Below, piece after piece: positions 52,786-64,000 of a stretch of 64,000 bases of DNA. Below the pieces are notes generated by a model, which had not been told where the DNA came from, did not search any database, and saw only the letters and a list, made by a program, of their open reading frames with translations. A program made the translations under genes and the position numbers. Numbering within the stretch: the stretch's first letter is position 1; the number at the start of each line of letters is the position of its first letter. Source of the stretch: Octopus sinensis (taxonomy: Eukaryota); NCBI RefSeq assembly GCF_006345805.1, contig NW_021832853.1:1-64000 (forward strand), in the 5' to 3' direction.

Positions 52786-53676
52786 AGAAAGAGATTGAAA
52801 GTACACACACGCATGTATCTCTGAATTAATGTTACTATCCCACTACCATACCATATTTGTCGCTTACTCCATTGCTACTCAAAGTGGTGGTCCACGGTCC
52901 AGGGCGAGTTTCCAAAAAAGAAAGAAACATTATAAAATGCTTATGTAATGATGTAATATTTGTTTACAAAATAAATACAAGATAAAAAAAATTGTCAAGT
53001 TTTATTATATTCAATATATATATTGTTTCTGGTATAAATTAATATTACTGGTCCCTGGAAAAATCTGCCATACGTCACATCAGATAGTTTTTCACTCCCT
53101 TCGAAATTACTGGTTTGAACTGTTCCTTCTAACGTAAGGCAGCCCTATGATGAATACCTCTTATTTTATATGAATTCTATACACACACACACAAGATTAG
53201 GGCCCCACTTATCGATGCTTAATATAAACATAAACGGTAAAATTAAGAATGAACCGACGATAAGTATGTCGAAAATATAGGAATTCGTAAATGTATGGTG
53301 AAAACAAAAGCGCATGAGCCGATGTAACAGCCCAGAATATATCCCTACCCAGACAGCCAGCCTAGAATATACCCCTGCCCAGACTATGCCCCGTACTTGC
53401 GAACAAACAGAAAAATTAAGCATTTTTCGAAGTAATTCTGTTAAAAACGATGTATAATTTTTACAAATTAAATATTTTTCGAACAAAAAAATTTGAACCC
53501 TAACCCTATCTTTAGTTAGTTTATAAAAAATAAATTTACTTAGTTGAAGCATCGACTACCTAGCGCGGATGCGCGCACCGGGACCACTTAGCGACACACG
53601 AATAGGGCTTTTTCGTAACGCACTAAAATCGCAGATCAATAGAAAATCGAAAGTTGGAAATCATGAAAATATAGGT

Positions 53677-53692
53677 GGCCCTTAAAAGGACC
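53677..53692 (-). terminator. Histone 3' stem-loop of H2B
   Basis: GGTCCTTTTAAGGGCC followed by ACC, 21 nt after the stop. Confidence 0.95.
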
Positions 53693-53713
53693 GTTTTTCG
53701 AGAAACGCAAGGT

Positions 53714-54091
53714 TTACTTGCTGCTGGTGTATTTGGTAACAGCCTTGGTACCTTCAGAGACGGCGTGCTTAGCCAACTCACCAGGGAGAAGCAGACGGAC
53801 AGCAGTCTGTACCTCACGGCTACTGATGGTCGAACGTTTGTTGTAGTGAGCCAAACGGCTGGCTTCAGAAGCTATTCTTTCGAACAAATCGTTGACAAAA
53901 CTGTTCATGATGGACATAGCTTTGCTGGAGATGCCAGTGTCGGGGTGGACTTGTTTCATTACTTTGTAGATGTAGATGGAATAACTTTCCTTCCTCTTCT
54001 TCTTGCGCTTCTTGTCTCCGGCGGGACGTGAAGATTTGGCCTTGGAAGCCTTCTTGGCTCCTTTCGAAGCGGTAGCTGGTGCTGGTGGCAT
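53714..54091 (-). CDS. H2B: Histone H2B, 125 aa, intronless
   Basis: [42 protein letters not shown] plus stem-loop. Confidence 0.99.
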   Translation of the reverse strand: MPPAPATASKGAKKASKAKSSRPAGDKKRKKKRKESYSIYIYKVMKQVHPDTGISSKAMSIMNSFVNDLFERIASEASRLAHYNKRSTISSREVQTAVRLLLPGELAKHAVSEGTKAVTKYTSSK

Positions 54092-54353
54092 GATGTCACT
54101 TGCGAATCGATGTTGCTTACTCTGATTCTACTCTATTTATAGCTGTCAAGTAGGCTCAGCAGATGAACATTTTTGTAAATTCGCGCCGTTCATTTTCATT
54201 GGTCGAATTTGACAACTGTGTCACGTGACAATGGCCCGCATATTTTTTAACTGCTCATCGACTGCTGGAGCCGATGAGGCAGTATTTAAAGGAGAAAAGC
54301 TCTATATCATTTAATCGCCGTTTTGTTGCAAACTAGTATCTAACTTCTAAAAA
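54092..54353. promoter_or_regulatory. Bidirectional H2B/H2A promoter
   Basis: TATAAATA on minus (~54134-54141), TTCGCGCC (54180-54187), ATTGG (54198-54202), palindrome TGTCACGTGACA (54219-54230), TATTTAAA (~54283). Confidence 0.8.
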
Positions 54354-54731
54354 ATGTCTGGACGTGGTAAAGGAGGTAAAGTGAAGGGAAAGAGCAAGAC
54401 CCGTTCATCCCGTGCTGGACTTCAGTTCCCTGTCGGTCGTATCCACCGTCTTCTTCGTAAGGGAAACTATGCCCAACGTGTTGGTGCCGGAGCCCCAGTC
54501 TACTTGGCCGCTGTTATGGAATATTTGGCAGCCGAAGTGTTGGAATTGGCAGGAAATGCTGCCAGAGACAACAAGAAATCGAGAATTATTCCCCGTCACT
54601 TGCAGTTGGCCATCCGTAACGACGAGGAGTTGAACAAACTTTTGTCCGGAGTGACCATCGCCCAAGGTGGTGTTCTCCCCAATATCCAGGCTGTTCTTCT
54701 CCCCAAGAAGACCCAGAAGCCTTCCAAGTAA
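54354..54731 (+). CDS. H2A: Histone H2A, canonical, 125 aa
   Basis: [33 protein letters not shown]. No SQEY tail, so not H2A.X. Confidence 0.99.
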   Translation: MSGRGKGGKVKGKSKTRSSRAGLQFPVGRIHRLLRKGNYAQRVGAGAPVYLAAVMEYLAAEVLELAGNAARDNKKSRIIPRHLQLAIRNDEELNKLLSGVTIAQGGVLPNIQAVLLPKKTQKPSK

Positions 54732-54765
54732 GCGCTTTCGCTGATGGCGTTTGCCTTCGTTCAAC

Positions 54766-54781
54766 GGTCCTTTTCAGGGCC
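54766..54781 (+). terminator. Histone 3' stem-loop of H2A
   Basis: GGTCCTTTTCAGGGCC. Confidence 0.95.
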
Positions 54782-55052
54782 CCTCATTTTCTGTAAATAG
54801 TCTCCTTGCCGGTTTTATTTGCGATTCTTTTTAAGTTATACATGGGTATTTTTGTAGGCGCAAGATGATTGAAACATCTAAGAAAATACATCCACACTAG
54901 CTGGTTGTAAGTAGTCGATCGTACAACGACTTGAGCGTATGTTTGTATCTGAATACATATCAAAGAAAATATATTTTCGAACAAAGTAAATAAAGCGCAA
55001 AATAATTTTTTAAAACAATGTAATAAAGTAAATTATTTTTATAAACAAACAT

Positions 55053-55328
55053 AGGCGCAGGAGTGGCTGTGTGGTAAAGTAGCTTGCTAACCAACCACAT
55101 GGTTCCGGGTTCAGTCCCACTGCGTGGCATCTTGGGCAAGTGTCTTCTGCTATAGCCCCGGGCCGACCACTGAAAGAAGTCTGTCGTATATATGTGTGTG
55201 TGTGTCCCTAGCACATGCTGGTGTGTTTACGTCACTTAGCGGTTCGGCAAAAGATATCGATAGAATAAGTACTGGGCTTACAAAAAATAAGTCCCGGGGT
55301 CGATTTGCTCGACTTGAAACAAGAGAGT
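55053..55328 (+). mobile_element. tRNA-derived SINE (second family), CpG-intact copy
   Basis: GGCGCAGGAGTGGCTGTGTGGTAA (A box), GGTTCAGTCCC (B box-like), CTTGGGCAAGTG core. Decayed copies at ~10305, 26875, 31330, 39850, 47190 and 62020. Confidence 0.85.
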
Positions 55329-56679
55329 AAACTAGGGTTAGTCGTCGTAGGATCGACTAGCTAGCGCGAGTGTTCGCACCGGGACCACTTTTCGCTAGTA
55401 GTACCCCATGTCCCTTATAAGTGTTGGATGACTCGCAGCATTGACCTCTCCGATATATTAACATTATAAATAATGGATGGGGGTGAAAGAATTGGATTTT
55501 CAAAATTTTAACAGTAGATGTATCGAAATTTACCTAAAAATTATTGATCAATGTAAACAAAAGTCAAGTTCTAACAATTTGGGCAAACGAACGAGGGAGA
55601 TGGCTTTCGAGAAATCCACACGATCCGATTTTTCCTTCATAACTCTCAGGAAAGATTGGTGTCTTTTCATGAAAGTTTATACAAATACCTTTCAAACCAC
55701 AGATTACAATTTTAAAGAATTGAGGAAATCTTTTCCAGTGGGTAGGGAGAACAGTTTCGGATCAGGAAGACCGCACAAGTTATATTTTTAAATTTCCGCC
55801 TTCCGGTCTTTATTTATTTTGCTTTTAAATACCTCTCGGTAAAAGATAAAAATTAAATATTTTCAGAGGAAAAAGTGTGATTTGGCTATCGTTTCTAGCA
55901 CGTCCCAAAACAATCCTCGTCGTTTCTCTCCCTCACGCATGTATGCTTTTCAATATTTTTCACCCCATAAACACGTTTATGCTGTAAGAAAAAAATTGAA
56001 AATTTCCACGGCTGTGATGAAAAGCAATTGGAAAAACCCGTCAAAACAAGAATTGTAAAAACTTTTCTCGTACAAATTTCTTTATAATCCGTAGCTATGC
56101 CGTTTGAAAAAAACAGTTGTATAAACTTTCATTAAAAGATACCTATTTTCCTGAAAGTTTGAGGGAAAAATCGGATCGTGAGAACTTTCCGAAGTTCTCC
56201 CCACCCACCCCGTTTGCACAAATTTTTCATATTCGTTTTCTACACATTTTTTAAAACCTAATTAAACTGGGATTTCTTTCAACCAAATTTTGAAATACAT
56301 GTGTATGTGTCAATGAAACGGTCATGGGAAGTGCTAGAAATAACAGCCAAATCTCCCCCGGTTCGTTTGCGATCCACCCCATAACTTCGAAGACCATGCC
56401 AGCAATGTACCACGCGTGTGCTACTTCCTTATGTGCTTATGGGAAGAAAGTTACGGAAAAACATCAATACACCTGTGCTAGAAACAATAGCTAAATTGCC
56501 CTTAACTCACACACCTTTTCGTTTGAAAATATTTACATTTTTTTTCTAAACGAAAAGGCTTCTCATAGTTAAAGTACGTAGTGCAAAATAAATTGGAATT
56601 AGTTTAAAGCTTCGCTAGTCACAACAGAAGTAAATTCACGAGGGACGAACATTAGCCACGAAAAAAATAATCAAATATC

Positions 56680-57039
56680 GGATCTTTTCGGTTCGAACGG
56701 TAGTTTTTTCTAGCGGTGTCATGAAATTGTCACCCATAATTATGACCCTAGTATCGATCTATTGCATTTCAATCTGATTTAGGGTTAGGGGAAAGGGTAT
56801 CTTTTTCTTCAGAAATGTAAATAAACCCAATCTGTTTCTTAAACGAACGAATTTTTACCTCAATAGACGCCAGTGATTGGTTGAAATTGCAGAAAAAAAA
56901 ATTTTACAAACTAAGGAATCTTCTCAATAAAGCCAAGAGAAAAATGTTTTATAAACACATTCTACCAGTATACGAAGTTTAAAATTTTTTAGTTACCTAG
57001 AAATTATGTTAAAAACTACCGTTCAAACCGAAAAGATCC
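56680..57039. mobile_element. Merlin-like MITE, inverted copy of 1905-2309
   Basis: GGATCTTTTCGG TIRs, 8-bp TSD caaatatc/aaaatatc (7/8). Confidence 0.88.
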
Positions 57040-57157
57040 AAAATATCTAATGCAGAACAAAGTATCAATGACATTTCGAATAAACAATTCACGATACGAG
57101 AACACGAAAACATACCACCATCTTAAGGGTTAGCAGAACTTTACGAAAAAATTTAGA

Positions 57158-57173
57158 GGCCCTGAAAAGGGCC
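57158..57173 (-). terminator. Histone 3' stem-loop of H3
   Basis: GGCCCTTTTCAGGGCC on the minus strand. Confidence 0.95.
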
Positions 57174-57207
57174 GTTGGGGAAAAGTATTAACTTCATCAT
57201 TTTCAAC

Positions 57208-58189
<982 letters not shown>

Positions 58190-58237
58190 ACTGGTGAAGT
58201 TTTTGTGACTTTGTGATCGTGAACAACGACAAATCCC

Positions 58238-58253
58238 GGCCCTTTTCAGGGCC
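58238..58253 (+). terminator. Histone 3' stem-loop of H4
   Basis: GGCCCTTTTCAGGGCC followed by ACTCA. Confidence 0.95.
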
Positions 58254-58537
58254 ACTCATGTCTTAATGTAAGCCATCTCGCCTCTCCGATATGCTTAAAC
58301 CAAAATGTTTGAATTTCAGCTTCCTTTTCAAAGGGATTTTTTATCTCTTTCAGTGAGCCTCTCAGCTCTTTACGTATGGCGTGTCTTAATTAGATCGCAG
58401 TATCGGATATTAATGAAAGACGGTGATGAGACAGAATCAAGCACGTCGGGCGAAATGCTTTAAAAGATGTTGGTTACGGGTAGGTGCTACCTCCGTTTCG
58501 CACCAAGACAACATTTATGCTAGAAATAACAGCAAAA

Positions 58538-58641
58538 TACGGATTCGGAGGAACTTCGTGGTCGTGAGTAGCGACAAATCCCAGCCCTTTCCAGAGCCAC
58601 TCGTATCTTAATGTAAGCCATCTCGCCCCTCCGATGTGCTG
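58538..58641 (+). pseudogene. Decayed duplicate of the H4 3' end
   Basis: tacggattcggagg (YGFG codons) then cgacaaatcccagccctttccagagccactcgtatcttaatgtaagccatctcgc, matching 58172-58300. Confidence 0.85.
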
Positions 58642-59449
58642 AAATTGATTTGGCTTGAATTGTGAAATTAAGATGTTCATTTCCATATTTCTTTTTTTTT
58701 TTGAAAGTTACAAAAAAAATGAATGCAGTAATATCAGCAAACTCGGTTAATATCTAGATCCACACCCTTTAATATACGATGCCTTACACGTGTTACACAT
58801 TTTTCCTATTTTTCACAAAGGGTGCGGATCTTGCCTAAGAGCATATATAAAATTTTATTTCAATCGTTGAATAATTAAAAGTTACATGTAAATTTCGATT
58901 TAAACATAGCAATTTAGAATTATCAAATGCAAATATTTAAAGTACCAATATAAACCCAATGTATAGGTAGATTGGAAAAAGAAAAGACTGACGACTCACG
59001 TATGCTGCGCAGTGCACATGGACTATGAATTGTAGCCTAGACTCGCACAAATGGCCACGCATTCGTGATGGGTTTATATTGATACATTTTAAAGTTTTTT
59101 GCATTTGATTTATTCTGGCCTGGTTGTCTGGAGAACTATAGCCTAGGCTAGCTCAGACTGGCTACCTGTATAGTCTGGGGAGGAGTATATTCTGGGATGT
59201 TACACCTCCAATTCTCAATTCTGCTTAGGCTCGTTGCGCCCATAAAGCCGCAGTGAAACGCCTGCATTCAGGTACGTGCGTGTATGCCCTGAGCACGTCG
59301 CCTCAAATGAATTCTATCTGTAAGTTGTTTTTTTTTAACAGGTAAATTACGAGTTCTGTGTAGTGCATGCATATTTAATGGTTCCAGTTTTAGCTAAATC
59401 TGGAAAACGTAGGGTTTTGAACATTAAAAATCTGAAAATTGGCGACCCC

Positions 59450-60790
59450 TTCTAACTCATTTGCATCATCGCTTCAGTTTCAATGTTGTTTTTCTTTATT
59501 TATGAGAGAAGAGTTCTGGATTCACAAGTAATTTAACTGCTTACGTCGAAGTGACGAATTACATAGCAAAATCTGTCATCTCTCTTTAGAATGTCTGTAA
59601 ACTGGAGCTTTGGTTTCCTATTATGCCCCCTGAGAACAACATGCAAGATAGAATAAGGTGTGCGGCTCTGGAGCATACTTGCAACCTGTCAAACTTGAAT
59701 TTCGAGAGATACTGGACTCTGGTAATTGCTACCTTGTCTTTCAACAATATATCTAGAAATGATCAAAGGAATCTGGTGTGAAATGTATTGTCGATTCTCT
59801 TGATGGCGATAGATTGATGTTCTGCACCGTTTAACAGAACACTACGTACAGTGGCCTTAAATACTCTTATATTTGTTTGCATCGTGGAATGTTTGTTCCT
59901 CCATACTCTCTTTGTAAAATGGCGGAAGTCAGAAATTACCTTCCCCTGTTTGGTTGAGATTTCAGTATCTAGTGAGTAATTGAACTTCTCAACAGCTTTC
60001 GGATCTTTACCTTTTGATCCACAGATTTAAAAAATAATTTTTTGTAACTAAACACTTTCAAACTTCGGACACTGGTATAATGTGTCGTATAAAACATCTT
60101 TTACTATTAGCATTTTTGAGGAAAACATATTTACGAAGTTATTTCACGTTAAAGTTGTCCTATTTCGGTCATTTCAACCAATCAATGACGTGTATTCAGC
60201 TAAATAAAATTACTGCCGTTGTTTGTCAACAACAACTATCGGTAGTGTATTTTTCGTTTGTCACTGTTATTTATGACATTGTCCGTGCGTTTGTACTGGT
60301 TTTAAGGTTTTAGGGTTAGGGTTGTCATAAATAACAGTGACAAACGAAATATACACCGCCAGAAGTTCTTGTTGACAAACAACAGCAATAATTTTATTCA
60401 GCTGAATACACGTCATTGATTGGTTGAAATTACCGAAATAGGACAACTTTAACGTGAAATAACTTCGTAAATATAAGTTTTTCTTAAAAATGCTAAGAGT
60501 AAAAGATGTTTTATATGACACATTCTATCAGTGTCCGAAGTTTGAAAGTGTTTAGTTACAAAAAATTATTTTTTTAAATCTGTAGTGTAGGTCAAAAGGT
60601 AAAGATCCCAGCTTTCTAGTGTTGTGTCATCGATCTTATGATTGATGACTATCTGCAAACTGGGACATAGATCTGTCTTCTTGAAACCAGTCAGCAGAAG
60701 TTGCTGAGCATAAAGAAATGTATCAAAATTTGGAGCTTTGACATTTTTATATTCGACCTTTCAATCATCCGGTAGGTTTGTATATTGAAA
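59450..60790 (-). mobile_element. Decayed RTE-like LINE, C-terminal region, split by a MITE
   Basis: Minus strand AVEKFNY-SLDTEISTKQGKVISDFRHFTKRVWRNK..NIRVFKATVRSVLLNGAE resembles the RTE post-RT region. Boundaries approximate. Confidence 0.65.
60001..60608. mobile_element. Foldback Merlin-like MITE with ~280-bp arms
   Basis: Arms 60001-60278 and 60323-60608 are near-perfect inverted repeats. GGATCTTT termini. Perfect 8-bp TSD cagctttc (59993-60000, 60609-60616). Confidence 0.93.
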
Positions 60791-62199
60791 GATATTGCAA
60801 TTTTTCGGTCTTTCAAACGTTCAATATTCAGATTTTTCGTATTTTCCTGTCATACAACACTTGGATCTTCTGAAATTCAGTCTTATGACCCAAACCATAC
60901 ACGTCGCGCGTGCGTATGCATGTACGTTTCTCAGAAATTTATGGATGTGCTCCAATAGATATTTTATATTAACAAAAGTAATATCAACGCTAACACCTAC
61001 ACTAACTCCGCCACTTTGACCTCTCTCTGATCTACACTCGTATACAAATTGACCCGTAAAGCATATGTAACGATGAAGTTTTTAGTTGAAGTCGAGGGTC
61101 ACCAATTGTTACGGTTAGGTTTTTATTAGTGTAGTTACCAGTTGTAAAGGGTAAGATTGTTGCGGTACACAAAGTTTTAAGGGAATATTTATTTACCGTC
61201 ACGTTACAATACCTTGCCTTGACCGGCAGGTTATAACATCCGAGAGCATACGAAAGAAAGTTAGATGCGGTAGAATGTTTCTTTGCATAGTTTGGAGTAT
61301 ACGAATTGTTAGCAGTAATCCGCAGATAGCGATAGAATGACGTTGTAAGAGAACAGAATTAGAGCAAGTGAGAGTTGTAGGGTCTTGTCTCACAGTTGCT
61401 GACAGTAAACTTAATTTCTCCCTCTGACCAAGGTTCTAGCTGGTCAGCCAGACTTCGTTGTCACCAAAGTGACTAACTGGTTGAGTCTTCACCATGTGAC
61501 TGGACTCGTTGAGTCGTCATCGACTGTTTTTGGCTTGGGGTCTTCTTGCTTTTATAACTATCCAGGATAGATATCATTGAAAACAATAGATTTAGTTGGT
61601 GGTCTTGTTATCTCTATTCTAGCTTTTAGTGAAGTAGAAGAGGTTAGAAAGGGTCAAGTGTTGCAGACATTTCGGCCAAGCTAAAGGCATCTGGAAAATG
61701 TAAAACTGCTACCAGAGAAAAACCATTGTTCCACCGTGGGAAAAGTTCTGTTGCAGTGTTAATTTAAATTTGGCTATGGTGGATGGAATATATTATAATA
61801 TAGGTGACCCATTAGCAATTTAAGCCTAAAGGCAAATTAATAAACAAAGGTACAAACATAGAACCAGCATTGCTAGAAATGAGAGTCAAAAGTGACTCGC
61901 TAGACACACAAAGCACTAACCTCACGAGATTGACAAAAAGTGAGGGAGCGAGTAGAAGCACATTTCTCTGCTGAGATAAATTCACAAAATGAAGTAAACG
62001 TGTGTGTGTATCTGTGTAGGCGCATGAAGTTTTCTTCCTAACCACATGGTTCCAGGTTCAGTCCCACTGCATGGTACCTTGAGCACCTATAGCCTCGTGA
62101 GTGGATTTAGTAGATAGCAACTGAAAGAAGCCCATTGCATTTGTGTGTGTGTGTGTGTGTGTAAAGTTCATACGGAAAATAATGCAAAAGTGAGCATAA

Positions 62200-63240
62200 C
62201 CGTCTTATTAACTGACTCCTTCAAATTACACATATTGGGAGAGTAACTCTTCTTCTATACGAACATGCTACTCAACATTAGTTACTGTCTCAAACAATGC
62301 ATTTGTTTGTGATGGAAACCAGCGTTGAACCCAACTCTTGAATTCTCTTTGACAAAAAAATTAAGTTGTACCAATTCCTTTGCAGTCACTTTGACCTCGT
62401 CTGTATCATCAAATCGCTATTCCCCGAAGACTGCCCTTCATTGGACCGAACAGGTGGAAGTCGGAACGTACGAGATTCGGGCTGTATTGTGGATGGAGGA
62501 CCAACCCAGTTTGATGATTGCCTGATTTGTTACCAAAGATGTGTGTGGTCGCGCACTGCCATGATGAATGTGAGTTGTTTTCAGCTCTGGAATCTTCTAA
62601 GCTTACTACTCACGACGCAGCCAAATTCCAGAAAATCCTGGAGAAGGATGCCGTTGTCATGTCAATATTCAGTCACTATGATTCACTATGCCGATTGCTT
62701 GCTCTTGAACTTCTTAGGTCTTGGAGAAGAGAAACGTACTTCCATGATCCGTTTCTGGATTACAAAGATATAGACGTGTTTCATCCTTTGTCATCAGATC
62801 GGAGAAAAAAGAATCTTTGCATTCTTCCAGCAAATGAGAGCAATCTCCAAACTGCTCTCCTTCAAATTGGTTCTTAACTGCTGAGACTTAAAAAAAAATT
62901 CAATGGGTCTAAGCGAAAATATTTAGTCAGTTCAGGTGAAACGGTTGTTTTAACAATATTGACTTACTGAATTCCTCACATGGAAGAGCAGATAAGATGC
63001 CGTTGTCAGTATTCTCTAGGGTACGAAGTTTCGGCGGCTTCAGATCTTACATTGGATGCTTCATGTTAAAGAGCATAGAGTATGCTGGCGTCTGTTAGTC
63101 TGCATTCTGTAGAGTGTGGATCTACCACGAGGGGAATCCGATAAAAGAATCGATGTTGTTAAAACAACCATTTGATCTGTACTGACCAATGGACTAAATA
63201 CTCTCACCTATACCCATTTTAAGTTTCTTTTAGATTATCT
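62200..63240 (-). mobile_element. Highly decayed LINE RT N-terminal region, possibly the same RTE-like copy
   Basis: Weak remnants on minus such as KGSLRGIAI and ENSRVGFNAG, resembling YRGISL and ESQCGFRAG. Confidence 0.4.
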
Positions 63241-63312
63241 CCACTCTGACTCCGAACATCTGATGATATGCACGTGTCAAACTTATTAAACACACATCAC
63301 ACACACACAGGC

Positions 63313-63378
<66 letters not shown>

Positions 63379-64000
63379 CACACACATAGATGCATGCACA
63401 CACACGCGCACATATATACACATATATGAGGGACTCATCCAGGCCGGAACAACAAATGAGCATCCAGTTATTCGGCAATCTTAATTACACATTCATTGAA
63501 TTCGTGTCGCTGAGTATACCTAATGCTTCGCATTCAGCTAAAATAGAAGAGAATGAGTTTGCTAATATTATGCAACCTGAGAATCAAAGGGATTGAAAGG
63601 TTTCGAATTACAAGACTATGCTATAGAAAATCAGGACCTCATTGAGGAGAAGTACATACGGAATGATAGCGATTCATTTGCCGTTATGAATGATGATAGG
63701 AGAGTGGTATGAAAGTGGGCTGTCGAGTGAGGAAAATGTATGAGAATGAGAAGAGTTACTTTATATAGACCAGAGGATCAACTGTACAAGTTGACAACAT
63801 TACGACTGATAGAGAGATTAAGAGCATGAAAGCAAGGCAACCAGTCCATCAAGAATAGTCTGTGAGATTATTAAAATATCTAAGGGGGTAGAGCACGCAC
63901 AATTCATGTACATAGTTAATCAGGTAGCAGAGTAAGGTACCGTACCCATCTCTAGCATAACATTATCATCGTCAGCTGCTACAAGGTCAAAGGTGATATA

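Noticed and set aside
61096-61810. Possible LTR or TIR element (GGGTCACC...GGTGACCC)
   Set aside because: Only a short inverted match and no TSD, so it cannot be classified.
63430-64000. Possible decayed Penelope RT or histone H1
   Set aside because: Only a faint MGT-like motif on minus, and no Lys/Ala-rich H1 ORF or stem-loop.

Overview
AT-rich, repeat-dense eukaryotic DNA. The SINE/MITE repertoire and histone sequences suggest a coleoid cephalopod, probably Octopus (inference, not a database result). (1) A 13-coding-exon, minus-strand gene (43753->7642, about 546 aa, assembled by hand with consistent splice phases) encodes a six-TM glycerophosphodiester phosphodiesterase of the GDPD5/GDE2-GDPD4-GDPD2 family. 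It has one GC-AG intron and a coding-like 30-codon in-frame extension beyond its TAA stop. (2) A compact set of replication-dependent histone genes forms two divergent pairs (H2B<-/->H2A, H3<-/->H4), each with a 3' stem-loop. No H1 is visible, the H4 3' end has a decayed duplicate, and inverted transposon-like ends bracket the cluster. (3) Many decayed and nested mobile elements: two Helitron coding remnants (one with an OTU protease domain), a non-autonomous Helitron, a Penelope-like element, decayed minimal hammerhead ribozymes, Tc1/mariner relics, Merlin-like, piggyBac-like and hAT-like MITEs, LTRs, LINE fragments and many tRNA-derived SINEs. Most short ORFs in the track are spurious (microsatellites, SINEs, antisense to histones). 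Family comparisons are from memory and need database confirmation. I found no unequivocally new system; the best candidates are listed as findings.
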